DNA of 64,000 bases from a virus. Its lineage: Duplodnaviria > Caudoviricetes. The stretch lies in IMG/VR virus record IMGVR_UViG_3300044709_000179, positions 32,001-96,000 of that record; one strand, given 5' to 3'. Of this stretch, positions 7,740-17,300 are shown in pieces (positions within the stretch are counted from its first letter, which is position 1; every line of letters starts with the position of its first letter). A program made the translations under genes and the position numbers. The notes below the pieces were generated by a model that was given only the letters and a program-made list of their open reading frames with translations, searched no databases and was not told where the DNA came from.

Positions 7740-8666
7740 TTACGGCGTTCCGGAGCCCTCGCGCAGCGCCTGCTTCAGATCGGCAACCACGCCGGCGTGA
7801 TCGGCCGCGGTGAGCCCGTTGGCGCCGCTGGCGATCAGCCGGTCCGCGATCAGGTTGGCCTGCGCGGTCACCTGCTCGTCGGTGACCGTAACGACCGGGT
7901 CACGGAGCACCGTTCCGAACGCCGCCTCCGTCCAGCCGAGCCGCGACCAGCCGCCGTCGCCCCACTCCGCGCCCTCGGCGCCGTGGCCGTAGCCCATCTG
8001 CTTGGCGAGGTAGAGCACATCCGGGACCGCGAACGGCGGCACCGGCCGGGAGTGAACGAGGTCGCAAACGTAGTACTGGCCGGTGGTGGTGTCTTTGGCG
8101 ATGAACGGCATGGGGGTCTCCGGGGTTGCGGGGGTGGATTCGGTGCGGGGGTTGATCGCGGCGTCCATCAACTGCAAGATGCGGGCGAACGACGCTTGCC
8201 GGGCGTTGATGGTGTTTCGCCACCATTCGACATGCGTGTGGATGTTGACCGTATCCGTCGAGCTGATGACACCCTGACTGCGGTTCGCCGTGTCGAACCG
8301 CTTCTTGGCGGTGCCGTCGGGCGAGAAGTTGATGGCGCGCACTGCGACAAGCGCTGGGTCCGCGACCTTCAGGGCTGCGACCAGCAGGTTGTTGAACCGG
8401 ATCCAGGCCGAGCGTCCGCCGTGCGGCCAGTCGTCGCCGATGTCCATAGCTGACGCCTCATTGCCGCCGACGCTGCGGTCCCTGACCTGCCGGGTCGAGT
8501 AGTCGTTGTCGAAGTTGCCAGCGGCGCGAATCGCGGACACGCCGACGTGGTAGCCCTTGACGTGATGCTCGTCGGGCGCGATGCCAACCTCGACCGGGTT
8601 GGTGAAGCCCGTCGTACGCATGACGGCGGAGCGGAAGCTAAGCAGGTCGGCCGGCGCACTGGTCAC
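7740..8666 (-). CDS. Putative endolysin (Zn-peptidase-like)
   Basis: GTG with GGGAGG RBS; GYH...ASAMDIG...HTH ligand pattern; Pro/Thr linker; upstream of holin-like genes. Confidence 0.65.
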   Translation of the reverse strand: MTSAPADLLSFRSAVMRTTGFTNPVEVGIAPDEHHVKGYHVGVSAIRAAGNFDNDYSTRQVRDRSVGGNEASAMDIGDDWPHGGRSAWIRFNNLLVAALKVADPALVAVRAINFSPDGTAKKRFDTANRSQGVISSTDTVNIHTHVEWWRNTINARQASFARILQLMDAAINPRTESTPATPETPMPFIAKDTTTGQYYVCDLVHSRPVPPFAVPDVLYLAKQMGYGHGAEGAEWGDGGWSRLGWTEAAFGTVLRDPVVTVTDEQVTAQANLIADRLIASGANGLTAADHAGVVADLKQALREGSGTP

Positions 8667-8722
8667 AACAAGCCTCCCGGGGGGGATGGGATCCAACCGA
8701 AGCTCTCAGGAGGGGTGGCGCA

Positions 8723-9328
8723 CTACGCCACGCTTGCCCAGGTCTTGCGGCGGACTACTGACTCGACTGCGGACGGCCAGACAACCGGATACGAGCGAGC
8801 GATACTGGCCGCAGACTCACCCTGGGCGGCGCGCTCGCGGATCACACGCACGTCGGCAACCGTGAGTTTCGGCCCACCCTTCGGAAGCCATGCGGGATCC
8901 GTAGCCTTCAACTTCAGGCATTCGCGACAGGAGCGCCGCCTGCGTCCGCTCGTGTGCCAGATCGTGTTTCCGGGCGTGAACTCGTGCCCTCGGCAGCACT
9001 TGGTCCGCGCCCCCAAACGGACGGGATGCGTGTCCCCGCGCCGGGTGTTCTGAGAGCGGGTAGTGGCCTCAAGGTGCGCTGGGTTGCAGCAGATCCGAAC
9101 ACGGCACAAGTGGTCAATGACCAGACCCTGCGGGATTGGTCCCTTCCAAATCTCGTACGCCACGCGATGGGTGTACGCCTTCCTGGCGTGGCGGATGCCG
9201 ATCGTCCCATAGCCATTGGGGAGCCGGGTTCCTTGCCAAATCCAGCAACCGCTTGAGTTCATGTCAACTCGCGCGAGTAGCCGATCCTTGATCGGCGTTC
9301 GTCGCGGGAGACTAGTAGCCTTTTCCAC
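8723..9328 (-). CDS. HNH homing endonuclease with C-terminal HTH
   Basis: CWIWQG...GYG...THRVAY...IDHLCRVRICCNPAHL...N; KCCRGH...CREC. Confidence 0.92.
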   Translation of the reverse strand: MEKATSLPRRTPIKDRLLARVDMNSSGCWIWQGTRLPNGYGTIGIRHARKAYTHRVAYEIWKGPIPQGLVIDHLCRVRICCNPAHLEATTRSQNTRRGDTHPVRLGARTKCCRGHEFTPGNTIWHTSGRRRRSCRECLKLKATDPAWLPKGGPKLTVADVRVIRERAAQGESAASIARSYPVVWPSAVESVVRRKTWASVA

Positions 9329-9412
9329 TGCGGGACTCCTCTAGTCAGGCGTTCCGTCAGGCCCCGGGGCGCTCCAACGTCGCCGGGGCCGTCCATCCTC
9401 CCCATTTTCTCA
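9329..9412 (-). promoter_or_regulatory. HNH promoter + GC hairpin leader
   Basis: TGAGAAAAT -10-like box, GGCCCCGG...CCGGGGCC hairpin, GAGGAG RBS. Confidence 0.55.
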
Positions 9413-9460
9413 CGGTTCCACTCGGCTGCGTACTGCGGAACCGTTCTGCTGCAACGGGTT

Positions 9461-9586
9461 TTAGGCGACGCCACCGCCCGCGAGGTGGCGGGGGTCGGCG
9501 GCAATGCCCACGTCGTTGCCGGTGAGCCCCGTGACGGCCATGACGTCGCGGCGGAAGGCGAGGAGGTCGGGCGGGGCGTTGGACAT
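9461..9586 (-). pseudogene. Truncated original N-terminus of the endolysin (41 aa)
   Basis: MSNAPPDLLAFRRDVMAVTGLTGNDVGIAADPRHLAGGGVA with GGAGG RBS; about half identical to the first 38 aa of 7740-8666. Confidence 0.85.
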
Positions 9587-9607
9587 GGGAACCTCCGGGG
9601 GCGAGGG

Positions 9608-10306
9608 TCAGGGGCGCCGCCCGGTCAGGGCGGGCACGTCTGCGGGCGGTGCGGCCCAGCCGTAGGCCGGCCCGAGCACCCGCTCGATCTGGTGGGCCAT
9701 CGCCGCGTAGCCGATGTCACGAGGATGTATGCCGCCCGCATCGAGATCGGCGTGGGGGATCACCTGGAAGTCGACGAAGCCCGCGAACCGCGCCGGCCGC
9801 GGCGACGCCATGAAGCCGTGGGCGTAGCTGGCCCGCCAGATCGCGTCGTTGGCGTAGCCGACCCGCACCCCGAGCAGCCCGGCCGGGTAGCCGAGAAACG
9901 CCACGGCAACCTTGGCGCGGCAGATGTCGATGGCGACGTTGAGCAGCCAGTTGTAGCGCCACTCGAAGAGTCCGATGTCGCCGAGCGCGTCGTTGGTGCC
10001 GAGCGCGATCAGGACCAGATCCGGGTCTTTGTCCAGCAAGAGCGTGCCCAAGCCGGGCAGGGCGTCCGCCGTGCCCCAGCCGCCGACGGCGTAGGAGGTG
10101 ATGGTGAGTTCGGTGCCGGATGCCGCCACGTCCGCGATGAGCTTCGACCGCCAGCCTTGCCCGTCCGATGAGCCGTAGCCCTTGGCGATGGAGTCGCCAA
10201 CGACGACCAGATGTAGCCGTGCGACCGCCGCGCGGGTCGGAGTGGATCCGGCCAGCAGCAGCGTGGCGAGCAGGGCGAGGGCGAGTAAAGCGGCTTTGGC
10301 GCGCAC
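9608..10306 (-). CDS. Secreted SGNH/GDSL hydrolase
   Basis: Signal peptide; VVGDSI, GTND, DAGGIHP. Confidence 0.88.
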   Translation of the reverse strand: MRAKAALLALALLATLLLAGSTPTRAAVARLHLVVVGDSIAKGYGSSDGQGWRSKLIADVAASGTELTITSYAVGGWGTADALPGLGTLLLDKDPDLVLIALGTNDALGDIGLFEWRYNWLLNVAIDICRAKVAVAFLGYPAGLLGVRVGYANDAIWRASYAHGFMASPRPARFAGFVDFQVIPHADLDAGGIHPRDIGYAAMAHQIERVLGPAYGWAAPPADVPALTGRRP

Positions 10307-10379
10307 GGGGTCTCCTGTCGTGGGGTACGGGTACACCGACAGGCGGGGCGGAGGGGTGACGGGCGGTCCCTCGAACGGG

Positions 10380-11018
10380 TCAGGTCTGCTCGCCGTAGGC
10401 GGCCATCACGCGCACGCCGATCGTGCCGGGGCCCGCGGTGCGACGGGCCTGCACAGTCACGTCAACCGAGGCGAGGTGCGCGTAGGCGATCGGCAAGGCG
10501 GCCGGGCCGAACTGGAGGTAGCCGAACATCCCGGCCGTCACCGTCTGTGCGGCGGCCAGCGCGACCCCACCGACCAGCACCTGCACCTCGCCGGTGGTGG
10601 TGCCGTCGGACGCGCGCGCCAGGACGTTGACGGACAGGCGCGGATGCTGCGGCCTGTACCGCGCGATCGCGAGATCGACGAACGTGGCCGAGGCCGTGGT
10701 GTCGGTCGGCACTGTCGTGCTCGCAGAAGCGAACGGCACCGGGATGTAGGGACGCGCGAGCCCCGTGCCGTTGGAGTCAACGGTGGCGAGAGTGTTGCCG
10801 ACCGCGTCGTAGACCGCGACGCCGTAGACGTCCACGCCGTCCTGCACGAACTTGCCGATACGAGCCACCACATCACCAGCGGCGTTGCGCACCTCCATGG
10901 CGCCGTGCGACAGGACCGCGCCGTTGAGGGTGATGCCGCGTCGCAGCACTGCGACTTCGCGCTCCAACGCACGGAGCCGTTCGATGAAATCCTGGGGGTG
11001 GTTGGTCTGGTGGGACAT
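10380..11018 (-). CDS. Minor tail protein
   Basis: DFIERLRALEREVAVL N-terminus; position after hub protein. Confidence 0.7.
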   Translation of the reverse strand: MSHQTNHPQDFIERLRALEREVAVLRRGITLNGAVLSHGAMEVRNAAGDVVARIGKFVQDGVDVYGVAVYDAVGNTLATVDSNGTGLARPYIPVPFASASTTVPTDTTASATFVDLAIARYRPQHPRLSVNVLARASDGTTTGEVQVLVGGVALAAAQTVTAGMFGYLQFGPAALPIAYAHLASVDVTVQARRTAGPGTIGVRVMAAYGEQT

Positions 11019-12169
11019 CAGGCCACGTCGTCCAACATCGGATTCATCGTCAGGGTGGCCAACTCGACACCGTCCTGACCCGGGTCCACGTCGACCCCGA
11101 CAATCCGCATCGTGGTGTCCAGGCCGGCCGAGAAGAACAGGTCCTGGATGACGACCCGGGCGTCGTCGCCGGGGCCGTAGTCGCCGACGGTCGGCCCGAC
11201 CACGGCGCCGCTGGCGTTCCGGCCATCGCCGCGCACCTTCAGCGCCGGTGTGGCGACCGGCAGCCGGGAGGCGTGCAGGTCCCCGTCGGCGTGGGCCTGC
11301 AGCGTGGTCGGGTCGCTGACCCCGGATTCGCTGCTGTCGGCCTCCAGGAGGGGCCAACCGTCCGCGTATTTGGTGGTGTCCTCGGCGACGGCGATGGCCT
11401 GCCCGACCTCCATGCCTTCCCCGGCCGCGAACTGGCGGGTGACCATGCGGGTGCCGTCGGACGGCCATGTGTAGGAGAGCAGGTTGCCGCCGAGTTCGAA
11501 GACATGCGGGGAGCCCATCTGTCCGATCTCCGGGGTGCCGACCCGCATCAGGCGGACCGGTCGGCCGGAGGTGTCGAGGTCGGCGGCGACGTCGAACATG
11601 ATGTCGCAGCCGCCTTCGATGTGGCCCAAGTTGCGTAGCGCTTCGCCGACGTCGGTGCGGTCATGGCCCCACCACGTTCGGTCGCGCAGCACGCCAGAAA
11701 CGGTCGAGTCCAGTTGGATGCCGATGTCGCCGCCCGTGTGCGACTGGGCGAGGATGACGAGGTTGCGGGCGATCTGGTTCTGGTCGACGGCGGTGTAGAC
11801 GGTGGACAGTCCGGCGATCGTGGTCACGTCACCGATCACACCCAGCGCGGGCAGGACCTTGCGGTGGTCGAAGTAGGACCACCAGTCGGCCGCTCCGAGG
11901 CGAATCGCGTTGCTGCTGGAGTCGAACTCGGATGTCCAGAGGATGCCGCCCCACCACGGGCGCCCGTCACGCAGCAGGTAGAGCGCGGTACGGGCTGGAC
12001 GGGTCAGCCCGTACGGGTCGCCGCCACGCCACGAGCTTGACAGCGTCCACGTGCCCGTCACGGACCCGGAAGCGTTCAGCTTCTTGGACGGGGCGAACCC
12101 GGTCAGCGGGATCTCGGCGGTGATCGCGTTGGTCCGCAGATCGGCGAGCCAGCACGTCCACTCGGCCAT
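11018..12169 (-). CDS. Minor tail / baseplate hub protein
   Basis: WWGGILW...YFDHR...GDYGPGDDARVVI; follows Dit. Confidence 0.8.
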   Translation of the reverse strand: MAEWTCWLADLRTNAITAEIPLTGFAPSKKLNASGSVTGTWTLSSSWRGGDPYGLTRPARTALYLLRDGRPWWGGILWTSEFDSSSNAIRLGAADWWSYFDHRKVLPALGVIGDVTTIAGLSTVYTAVDQNQIARNLVILAQSHTGGDIGIQLDSTVSGVLRDRTWWGHDRTDVGEALRNLGHIEGGCDIMFDVAADLDTSGRPVRLMRVGTPEIGQMGSPHVFELGGNLLSYTWPSDGTRMVTRQFAAGEGMEVGQAIAVAEDTTKYADGWPLLEADSSESGVSDPTTLQAHADGDLHASRLPVATPALKVRGDGRNASGAVVGPTVGDYGPGDDARVVIQDLFFSAGLDTTMRIVGVDVDPGQDGVELATLTMNPMLDDVA

Positions 12170-13471
12170 CTACAACCACGCCTCAAGCGTCGCCTCAGTG
12201 CCGACCACGAAGTTGCCCAGGTTGGCGATCAGGGTGATCGACGCGTAGGGTCCGGCCACGTTGTAGACGCCGCCACCGGTCTCGTGCATCGACGTCGCCG
12301 CCGACGGGTAGACCGCCGAATGGGCCGTGAAATTGAGCATGTGCGAGGCCTGCGACCACCCGGTCAACTCGATCGTCGACTGTCCGAAGTGGTTGCTCGC
12401 GGCGACCGGGCCGGAGATCCAGCCGACAGCCGCGACGGTGCTCACGCTGTAGTTCTGGATCGATTCGGTGGTGTTGGCGATGGCGTGCCTGATCCCGTAA
12501 TAGTTGCCGCCGCTGTCGCCGTTGATCCGCATGTACAGCTGGACGACGGTGGCCCCCGCCGCGTCGCCCCGGCCGGTAACTCGAAGGGTGATGGTCTTGG
12601 TGGTCGCGGGGATCGACGAGAATACGATGCTCGCGGCGGTGCCGGTGAGGGTGACGACCTGCCGGTGCGGCGTGATGGACTGCCAAGCGCTGCCGGTGTA
12701 GCGGTGCAGCACCGCGTTGCCGGTGTCGGACGCGACCAGCCCGGTGTGCGGGTTGGAGACGGCGGACAGGTCGGCGATGGACGTGACCACCGGGAGGCTC
12801 TGCACCCGCCACGCGCCCGAGTCGCGGACCTCGACCCAGTCGCGGTCCTGACGGTAGGCGGGCATCCCGTCGTAGACGCCGGTGAGGCTGTCCCGGGCGG
12901 CCTGGGTGGGCACGGGCAGGATGCCGCCGACGGCGACCGTGTAGGGCGCCGAGGGCCGCAGGTCGGTGATGTTTCCGGACGTGATGGTGGTGGCGCTGGC
13001 GTTGACCCGAACGCGGGCCAGGATGATGCAGTCGGGGAATGCGGCTGTCGACGGGTCGGCGGGGGTGGCGCTGGGGGTGCCGACCACCTGCCGAACGGTC
13101 ATGTTGGAGTTGGCGTCACCGTAGAAGGTGTCGGCCTGGTGCGCGATGACGAGATCGTTGCGGGGGTTGGTCGCGTTGGCCGGCGTCGACAGAATGTTGA
13201 TGTCTTTGACGCTGTCCAAGGTGAGGACGTACGGCCCGCCCGGGGTGGCGCGCGAGGTCTGCAACGTCGCCTGGAACGGCTGGACATGGACGTTGCCGTC
13301 CGGCGTGCCGCTGGCGTAGACCGTGCCCGGGGTGACGGATCCGGGGCCGGGGCGGAAGCCGGTCTTGGCCGCGATGGCGGACGAGCCGGGGGTCCACAGG
13401 GCGCCGATGGCCATGCGGGCGTCCTGCTGGTCGATGCCGCCGGTGGTTGCCCAGCTATCCCTCTCGGCCAT
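12170..13471 (-). CDS. Minor tail / fibre protein
   Basis: ANATNPRNDLVI...LARVRVNASATTITSGNITDLR; beta-rich C-terminus. Confidence 0.8.
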   Translation of the reverse strand: MAERDSWATTGGIDQQDARMAIGALWTPGSSAIAAKTGFRPGPGSVTPGTVYASGTPDGNVHVQPFQATLQTSRATPGGPYVLTLDSVKDINILSTPANATNPRNDLVIAHQADTFYGDANSNMTVRQVVGTPSATPADPSTAAFPDCIILARVRVNASATTITSGNITDLRPSAPYTVAVGGILPVPTQAARDSLTGVYDGMPAYRQDRDWVEVRDSGAWRVQSLPVVTSIADLSAVSNPHTGLVASDTGNAVLHRYTGSAWQSITPHRQVVTLTGTAASIVFSSIPATTKTITLRVTGRGDAAGATVVQLYMRINGDSGGNYYGIRHAIANTTESIQNYSVSTVAAVGWISGPVAASNHFGQSTIELTGWSQASHMLNFTAHSAVYPSAATSMHETGGGVYNVAGPYASITLIANLGNFVVGTEATLEAWL

Positions 13472-13502
13472 GGCCTACCTTCCGTCCACAGTGGTCATGG
13501 CG

Positions 13503-14372
13503 TCACAGCCAAGCGTCCCTGAACTTGACTGTGAGCGAAGCGGCCGGGTCGTAGGCGCCGGCCGAGGCGAACAGGATGTGGTTGGCGCCCGGGTTGAGCG
13601 GGAACCACTGCCGGATTCGCAGTCGGTCGCCGCGCGGAACGCCGGACAGCGTGACCGACTGGGCTGCGGTATCGACGGTCAGGGTCTGCCCAGCCTCGAC
13701 CGTGAAGGTCGGGTCGAAGAGCAACTGCTGGCCGGTGTCCTGGTTGACGATTGCCGGACCCGTGATCGGTCCGGTGATGTCGAACGTCGGCCACGTGGCG
13801 GCCTTCCCGGCGTTGGTGGCGGTCGCCTGCGAGGTCGAGGTGGCCGAGCCGAATGACAGGGGGAACGTCAGCGGGAACGACAATCCGCCGGTCGCCCCTG
13901 ATGGCAGCCCGATCGTCGTCGAATGCTCGGTCACCGAGTAGCGGCGCGGATCTGTGGCCACCCACTGGGCCACGAGGTGCTCATCGCCGACCGACCAAGC
14001 GTGACCGGTGGGGACACTGGCGCGTTCTAGCCGGGCCCACACCAACTCCGGGGCGGCGGTACCGAACCAGGCGACCAAGGCCTCCTCAACGGGATCCTCG
14101 GCCACCGCGGTCGCCGCAAGCATGGCCGTCAACGTGGTCCCGCCGTCCGGGTCGAGCACCGACAGGTCGGCTTCGATGACGCGCTCACCGATCCGTTTCC
14201 GGCCGGGCATGCTGCCGTGCCGGTTGGGCCGGGGCGCGTTCTCGCCGCGCATCGCTGGCCGGTCCAACCACCCGTCGAAGTTTTCGACGTTGACGTTGGT
14301 CCCGGGCTGCCCCCACAGCACGCCGCGCCATTCGAGCTGATACGGGGCGGTGATGAGGTCGCCTGCCGCCAT
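13503..14372 (-). CDS. Distal tail protein (Dit)
   Basis: After TMP; ATDPRRYS, FPLTFPLSF, WFPLNPGAN. Confidence 0.85.
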   Translation of the reverse strand: MAAGDLITAPYQLEWRGVLWGQPGTNVNVENFDGWLDRPAMRGENAPRPNRHGSMPGRKRIGERVIEADLSVLDPDGGTTLTAMLAATAVAEDPVEEALVAWFGTAAPELVWARLERASVPTGHAWSVGDEHLVAQWVATDPRRYSVTEHSTTIGLPSGATGGLSFPLTFPLSFGSATSTSQATATNAGKAATWPTFDITGPITGPAIVNQDTGQQLLFDPTFTVEAGQTLTVDTAAQSVTLSGVPRGDRLRIRQWFPLNPGANHILFASAGAYDPAASLTVKFRDAWL

Positions 14373-14373
14373 G

Positions 14374-17300
14374 TCAGCCCCGCCCTCGTGACAGCCAGTC
14401 GAGTTCGCGGGCCACGTCGTAGGGGTCGTCGCTGCGGGCGTAGAAGTTGTCGATGGCGACGACCGCGCGCGGCTGCGGTGTCGCTAGGGCCGCTTCCTGC
14501 TCGCGGGTGCGGACCGTCTCGTTGCCCCTGGTGCCGTTGTATGCCAGCGTCAGACCGGGGCGAAGCACGCCGCCGCCGTCGTAGGTGCCGACGTGCAGCG
14601 GCAGGCGCGTGGTTGGCACGCCGAGGTGCTGGGCTAGACCGACCTGTCCGCCGCTGGCCATGGCGATGTGGATGTGGTTGCGGTGGGCCTGCATCAACCC
14701 CTCGTTGAATGAGCCCCGGTCGCGGCCACGGGTGTAGGCGTAGTCGCGCTTGCTGGTGCGGTGGATGAGTTCCAGCGGCCGACGCTCGGCGAGGAAGGTG
14801 GCGAGGGCGTCCTGTTCGTAGCCCATCCAGTCGACCGAACGTCCGGAGCCGTGCCACAAGGGATCGCCAGCCCTGTATGCGTTGCCGAACGAGCCCGAAA
14901 GCGGCCCTGTGGAACGGATCAGCGCGACGATCGACCGCCACACCCCACTGTCGCCACGTGATGCGGCTGGCGAGGACGGCCACGGCGGGAAGCCGGGCCC
15001 CGGGCCGAAGTTCGGGTTGACTCCGATGCCCTGCGGCCGGGTCGCGGCTTTCCATGCGTCCCACAGGCTGTCGACGGAAACGGGAAACACGACGTTGGAG
15101 GGGATCTCGACCGGCCACGTGCTCGACACCGCGCCGCCTTTAGCGAACCCGGGCAGCACGCCCTTGAGTCCGCCACCCAGGATCGTCTTGCGTAGGGCGT
15201 AGATGTTGCCGTGCCCACCGGCGGCCTTGACCTCGGCCGCGGTGAGGATGTGCTCGTCGTTGGACAGCCGGTAGCGGGTGCCGGTCTCCGGCAGGTAGGC
15301 GGGAACGTCATCCGAGGTGCCGGTGCCGGGGCCGAAGACTGGGCCACCGTCCGCCTTGAAGCGCGCACTCTGTCCCGTCTGACCGTTGACGGAACCCTTC
15401 AGAAAGTCGATCTCCGACTTGATCTGATCTTTCGTCCATGGCGGCTTCATCGCCAGGCCGACCTGCACGGCGTGCGCCTCGATGAGGTCGTCGATCGCCT
15501 TGTCGAGACCAGGGGTGGACACGTCGGTGGTGACCTTCGGTGGAATGTCCCCGTACTTCTTGGCGAGATCCTTCACGGCGGCCGTCTGCCGCTGGGTGGG
15601 ATCGATGCCGTTCATGATGGACTTGACCGTCTTGTCGTGCGTGTCGCGGGCCTTGTCCTCCGACACCCCGTTGGCCACGTCCTGCACGTACTTGTCGCGG
15701 GCGGCCAGCAACGCCGCTTCGAGGGCGTCGCGGTTGCGCAGGACCTCCTCGGTGTTGCCGCGCTGCTTGCCCTTGTTGAGGTCGAAGCCGGCCGAAGATG
15801 TAGCGAGTTGTTTGGTGAGGTCGGACTGTGTGCGGGCCAACTTCTCGTCGACTTCGACCTGGTCGATGGCAGTGCCGTACATCTGCTCGACGGCTTGGTT
15901 GAGCAGCCGGACCTTGTCGCGGGCGTCGATGGACGACTTGGCAATGTTGCCGAAGGCGAGGGCCAGATTGTCGAAGACTGGTCCGGAGTTGGAGGCCGAA
16001 TCGCCGATGCCGGACAGGATGTCGGCAAACAGGGACGTCTTGTCGGCCGCGTCGAGGTTGGCGTCGGCGACCCGCCCCGACATAAGGGCCAGCACTTCGG
16101 CCTTGGATGCCGCGTCGGCCTCGAAGCCGGCCAGCCGCTCGATGCCGCTGCGGTAGGCGTCTACTGAGTCGCCAGCGCCATTCAGCGCCGTCTTGACGGC
16201 ATCGAGCGCGCCCACCGAATCTTCGCCGGCCTCCGCCAGCGCGCGGGTCAGGTCGGCGGACTCAGCCATGGCCGAGTTCTGGCCCTCGAACGCCTTCGCC
16301 ATCTCGCGGAGTTGCTTGATCCGGTCGGCATGGGCCTGGGCTTCGCGCTTGTCGTCGGAAGAGTTGGCGAGGGCCTGTCGCTGCTGGATCTTCTCGGCTT
16401 CGATCTGCTTGTTGATCGCGGCGACCACCTGGCCGCGTGCCTCTCGGTCGCCGTTAAGCCCCTTCACCAGGGTCTGAGACTGCACGCCGGCCGCCTCGGT
16501 GGTCCGCACCAGATCCCGCAGGGCGGCGTTCTGAGCGAGCGCCTGCCGCGCCTGCTCGGCGGCGGCCGGTCCGGTGCCGTCCTTCAACGTCTGAGCATAG
16601 GAGGCGGCGGCGGCACGGAGCGCCTCGATCCGGCTACGAGCCTCCTCGTTGGCGGCGACGAAGGCCCCGATGATGCCCAGGGCGATGGTGAAGCCGGCGA
16701 GGAACGGGCCGCCGATGAACGAGGACACCGAGGCGACGCCGGTCCGGAACGCGGACGCCGAGGTGGTCGCGGTCGCGGTGGCGGTGGAGAAGCCGAGCAT
16801 CCGCGCGCCACCGGCCAGCAGTCCGCTGTTGAGCAACGTCTGCGCGCCGCTGGTGAGCAGCGCCGCCGTCTTGTAGGCGGTGATGGCGAACGCCAGCGCG
16901 GTGATGACCGGGACCGGGATGGCGTTGATGATGGAGGCGAGCAGCTTCAGTTCGGTGGCGACGACGGACCCGACCGGCGCGTACGCCTCGACGACGTGAA
17001 GCCCCGCGCGCGCCAGTTCGCCGATGGTTGCGACGACGTGGGGGCCTTCGGCGAGGACGAACCGCACGAAGCGCTGGAAGCCTTGGTTCTGGTCGAGGGT
17101 GCGGGACCAGTCGGCGAACCGCTCGCTGATGGTGAGGATGCCCCCGCCGACCTGCCGCTCAACCGGGATGAACTGCTGGACGATCCGCGCGAGGCCTTCG
17201 GCGACGTTGAGCGACGTGCGGAACATCAACTCAAGGTTGGGGTTGGCCTCCGAGGCGATGAAGCCGAAGAAGCCACGCCAGAACGGGTTGGTGAGTGTCT

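Noticed and set aside
8667-9470. Group I intron containing the HNH within the endolysin
   Set aside because: Only ~55 nt lie between the HNH stop and a new RBS+GTG; no P7-like core is seen; the downstream gene repeats the N-terminus rather than continuing it
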